Below, in pieces: positions 44,523 through 47,423 of a stretch of DNA of 47,423 nt (positions are counted from its first letter, which is position 1; every line of letters starts with the position of its first letter). Source of the stretch: a virus (lineage: Duplodnaviria; Caudoviricetes); the IMG/VR virus record IMGVR_UViG_3300002307_000077, positions 1-47,423 of that record, one strand, 5' to 3'. The position numbers were made by a program, and so were the translations under genes. Under the pieces are notes generated by a model that worked only from the letters and a program-made list of their open reading frames with translations, was not told the origin of the DNA and made no database searches.

Positions 44523-46586
44523 ATGCAAAAGTCCAAAAAAGAACGCTATTTGGTTGAAGACCCAATCGGCTTCTTTGAGGATCGTTGGGAGAATGCCAAG
44601 CGCGTTGCCCGCAATGTTGCCGATTCAAATGTTGTGCAAGCCATGCGTGTCGATCCTTTAGCTACAATGAAAGTTTTAGGAGAAGAAGCATGGGACACAG
44701 CTAAAGAAGCTCCCGGCAACTTATATCGTTATGCCCAAGAAAAACCCCATGAGCTTTGGGGTAATGCTGCTGAAATGGGCGCTACAGCCGTTATGCCCGG
44801 TCCTATGTTAGCTCGGTATGTTGTTATGCAACCAACGGATGCAAACGCAGGCGAGGATGATTTAACGGCTGAGATACAAAGAAGAATGCAGGAGCAAGGC
44901 AAAAGTTCTCTTGCAGAAGTCGAACCCGGTTCGTTGGCCGCAGAAGGCGAATATGTTAAAGCACACGGTGGCGTAGTTGAACACGCTTTGCGGATGCTTC
45001 GCCATCACTACGCAACCGATGGCACTGTTACACCGTTAACGGAAGAAGAAAAAAAGAAACAACAAGCTCTTGAAATTGCTAAGAAATTAAATGCGGAAGA
45101 TTCAGGCGACCCAACAATAGCAGGTTCGCAACCAGCTACTATCGCAGATATGGCAGCAGCTATTAACGCTGGAGCAGCTCGCGGTGATAACTCTATGTTT
45201 GGTAACAAAGACAATGCAGATCGTTCTGGCGTAATTAGCGGCATCATGGATGCGGCTAAGGGAGCTGGCAATTCAATTGTTGACGCGGCTAAGGGCGTAG
45301 GCAACACTGTTGTAGATACAGCAAAAAGCGGATTTAACGCTGTAACAAATGCTTTTACCCCAGCGCCGCAATATGTTGACATGCCATTGCCTCCTTCAAG
45401 GCCGTCTGAAGAAGAATTTCAGGCGTACAACAGCCCTACTGTGACGACAGCAACAGCCCCAGCCGCCCCAGTTACTCCGTCTGCGCCAGCGCCACAATAC
45501 GTTGATATGCCGTTGCCTCCTTCAAGGCCAACCGAAGAAGAGTTTAAGGCTTACAATAGCCCTATTGTAACGACAGCAGCAGCTCCGGTTACTTTGTCTG
45601 CGCCAGCCGCTCCGGCTGCACCAGCGCCTCAAGCGACTCGTGGCATTACAGTTGCTGAAGAAGTGCCGCCAGCTCAAATACCTGCACCTATTGCAACCTC
45701 TGCTACAACCCCTGCACAAGCTCAAACTGCAACAAGCATGATGTTTGGGCCGTCTGCTGGAGTAAATCAATCATTCCAAAATGCAGCACCGACATTATCA
45801 ATGTCGGGCTTTCAGCCGTACTCTGATGTAATGGCTCCGTATTCTAATACGCTAGGCGCTCAAGGTGCTGCGCCAAATGTTGGTTCAATGCCCGGATCTG
45901 CTACTGGATTTCCCGGAGGAGCGCCGCAGCAGGGTCAAATTTCTGGCCTAAATCAAATGCCAATGTCTGTGGACGTTGTGCCGGATTACACATTTGGGTC
46001 TGATAAATATGGTCCTTCATTGAACCAGACACAGGCTGAAATGCTTGGTTTTGATCGTGTCAGTGATGCCGACAAAAATGCTGCTTGGCAGGCAGAAAGT
46101 GACCGCATGGGCAGTCGCGGTTTTGAATCTAATCCCATCACTGGATTAACTGATATTAGCAATTACAACTCCCCATCTTTTACTAGTGACCCCGCTCTTG
46201 TCGGCACTAGCCCAGAGTCGGTTAGTTATGGCGGTCTGACACCCGCCGGTGCTTCTGCTGCAATCAATGCTGATGTTCTGGCAGGTGGTACATCTTTGTT
46301 TGGCGAAGATGACAAAGCCGATTACGGGCCACCCGGCGGTGTTGAGGTTGAAGGTAATGCCCCTGAAGGTACAGGCCAAGAAGGCAGCGGCCTTGAAGGC
46401 GATGGTGGCGGTGGAGCGCCAGAAGGCGGTGGGGGCTCGCCCGATGAAAAACGCGGCGGTAGAATTAATGTAAGAAGAAATGATACTTTCGTAAATCATG
46501 CACTTAGGGTATCTTCTAAATTCGGATCTGACGCTGCTGATAGGTCCGTGAAAAAGGCAAAAGCGGCACGGTGGACGCACCGGTAA
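44523..46586 (+). CDS. Low-complexity probable internal virion protein
   Basis: Ala/Pro/Gly-rich; KAHGGVVEHAL and KRGGRI...FVNHAL; internal repeats. Confidence 0.7.
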   Translation: MQKSKKERYLVEDPIGFFEDRWENAKRVARNVADSNVVQAMRVDPLATMKVLGEEAWDTAKEAPGNLYRYAQEKPHELWGNAAEMGATAVMPGPMLARYVVMQPTDANAGEDDLTAEIQRRMQEQGKSSLAEVEPGSLAAEGEYVKAHGGVVEHALRMLRHHYATDGTVTPLTEEEKKKQQALEIAKKLNAEDSGDPTIAGSQPATIADMAAAINAGAARGDNSMFGNKDNADRSGVISGIMDAAKGAGNSIVDAAKGVGNTVVDTAKSGFNAVTNAFTPAPQYVDMPLPPSRPSEEEFQAYNSPTVTTATAPAAPVTPSAPAPQYVDMPLPPSRPTEEEFKAYNSPIVTTAAAPVTLSAPAAPAAPAPQATRGITVAEEVPPAQIPAPIATSATTPAQAQTATSMMFGPSAGVNQSFQNAAPTLSMSGFQPYSDVMAPYSNTLGAQGAAPNVGSMPGSATGFPGGAPQQGQISGLNQMPMSVDVVPDYTFGSDKYGPSLNQTQAEMLGFDRVSDADKNAAWQAESDRMGSRGFESNPITGLTDISNYNSPSFTSDPALVGTSPESVSYGGLTPAGASAAINADVLAGGTSLFGEDDKADYGPPGGVEVEGNAPEGTGQEGSGLEGDGGGGAPEGGGGSPDEKRGGRINVRRNDTFVNHALRVSSKFGSDAADRSVKKAKAARWTHR
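45360..45578 (+). repeat. Intragenic tandem duplication, period 126 nt
   Basis: PAPQYVDMPLPPSRP(S/T)EEEF(Q/K)AYNSP(T/I)VTTA twice; mostly synonymous differences. Confidence 0.9.
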
Positions 46587-46605
46587 TCCTAGCTAGGAGA
46601 GTAGT

Positions 46606-47423
46606 ATGTCGGAAATGGCAAAGCAGGCTCGTGAAGCCAGTAAAGCAAAAGCTCAGAGGATGGTATCGCCCAATAAAGGCAGCATTGATGCCAGTGGTTG
46701 GACAGAGCCAGTAATGAACACAGAGGCAAAAACGGGTTTGCGCCCAGTTTCTCCTCGTGCGTTTAAACGCGGCGGTAAAGTTGCTGGTGATGTTGTTAAA
46801 GCTAATATGGGAAAAGCACCCCGCAAGCCTAGCAATGAAGCCAAGCAATGGGTCGATGCTAAGATTAACCGCAATGTCAAAGAAGCCAATGCTGAATTGG
46901 GTGAACCCCATATTGGCGGTCTTAAGCATGGTGGTCGCACTCATAAAGCTGATGGTGGCGCTGGTGATGGCAAAAATACAGCTTCTCAAGACAACCAGAC
47001 AACAGATGCAGAATACAGGAAGCGCCTTGAAGCAGCTCAATCTGGACGCAAATCCGGTGGACGCACAGGCAAGGCTGGTGGTGGTCTTACAGATCCCCGC
47101 GCCACTGCTGCTGCAATGATGGGAGCAGCTAACTCTCGTGGGAATGTTCCATCTTCCATGATGCAGTTTGGAGGGCTCAAAAAAGGCTTGCTTTCTCCCA
47201 TGCGTAAATCTGGCGGAAAAGCCGAAAAGCATGAGGATGTGGCAGAAGATAAGGCCCTCATCAAGAAGATGGTTAAGTCAGCAGCCCGTACCGGAAAAGC
47301 TGAAGGCGGCGGTAACTATACTGGCGGGACACGCCCCACTGGTGGCCGTATTGCTCGTAAGTCTGGCGGTAAAGCTAAGACCAACGTGAACATCTTGATT
47401 CATGCTGGTGGCAAACCCGGCAT
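46606..47423 (+). CDS. Basic Gly/Lys-rich protein with many KxGG/AxGG motifs, 3'-truncated (absent from ORF track)
   Basis: AGGAG RBS; manual translation MSEMAKQAREASKAKAQRM... stays open to the window end. Confidence 0.85.
   Translation, partial: MSEMAKQAREASKAKAQRMVSPNKGSIDASGWTEPVMNTEAKTGLRPVSPRAFKRGGKVAGDVVKANMGKAPRKPSNEAKQWVDAKINRNVKEANAELGEPHIGGLKHGGRTHKADGGAGDGKNTASQDNQTTDAEYRKRLEAAQSGRKSGGRTGKAGGGLTDPRATAAAMMGAANSRGNVPSSMMQFGGLKKGLLSPMRKSGGKAEKHEDVAEDKALIKKMVKSAARTGKAEGGGNYTGGTRPTGGRIARKSGGKAKTNVNILIHAGGKPG

Larger units (their letters stand above)
1..47423. mobile_element. Tailed dsDNA bacteriophage genome segment, podovirus-like, probable alphaproteobacterial host
   Basis: Terminase subunits, portal, tail/ejection genes, lysis cassette and recombination/replication genes in phage-like modules; no host housekeeping genes; GcrA homologue present. 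Confidence 0.95.

Noticed and set aside
46516-47389. ORF-track entries 46516-47232 (-), 46757-47119 (+) and 47168-47389 (+)
   Set aside because: Shadows of the RBS-supported + strand gene starting at 46606, which runs off the window
1-47423. tRNA, rRNA or tmRNA genes
   Set aside because: No cloverleaf or T-loop consensus seen in intergenic gaps by eye; tRNAscan-SE/Infernal would be needed to exclude them

Overview
Most of a tailed dsDNA phage genome, podovirus-like (portal, adaptor, nozzle, large ejection proteins, no tape measure or sheath). The host is probably alphaproteobacterial, since it encodes a GcrA homologue. Layout: + strand late region (1-19048: 2OG-Fe(II) oxygenase, GT2-TPR glycosyltransferase, lysis cassette, tail and ejection proteins); - strand early/middle region (19035-29560: GcrA, secreted lytic transglycosylase, DnaA domain IV protein, a mini-gene array, HNH, SSB, YqaJ exonuclease, ERF); + strand Cro-like HTH, RusA, helicase and primase (29661-33399); a promoter-dense cluster of small genes (33393-37720); then terS, terL, portal and internal virion proteins. 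The major capsid gene is not in the window, and I saw no tRNA, CRISPR array, integrase or DNA polymerase. The most unusual signals are: (1) a 3-kb array of mini-genes built from four shared DNA/peptide modules joined by a reusable stop/RBS/start connector; (2) a 114-bp piece of an ejection-protein gene (111/114 identical) present in frame inside the ERF recombinase gene, forming an inverted repeat around about 12.7 kb; (3) a shared (K/A)xGG plus VxHAL tag across six virion proteins; (4) a TGACA-N3-TGACA box at many early promoters, and polar CGACC / GGGTCCC repeats around terS. All family calls come from motifs recognised by eye; no database search was run.
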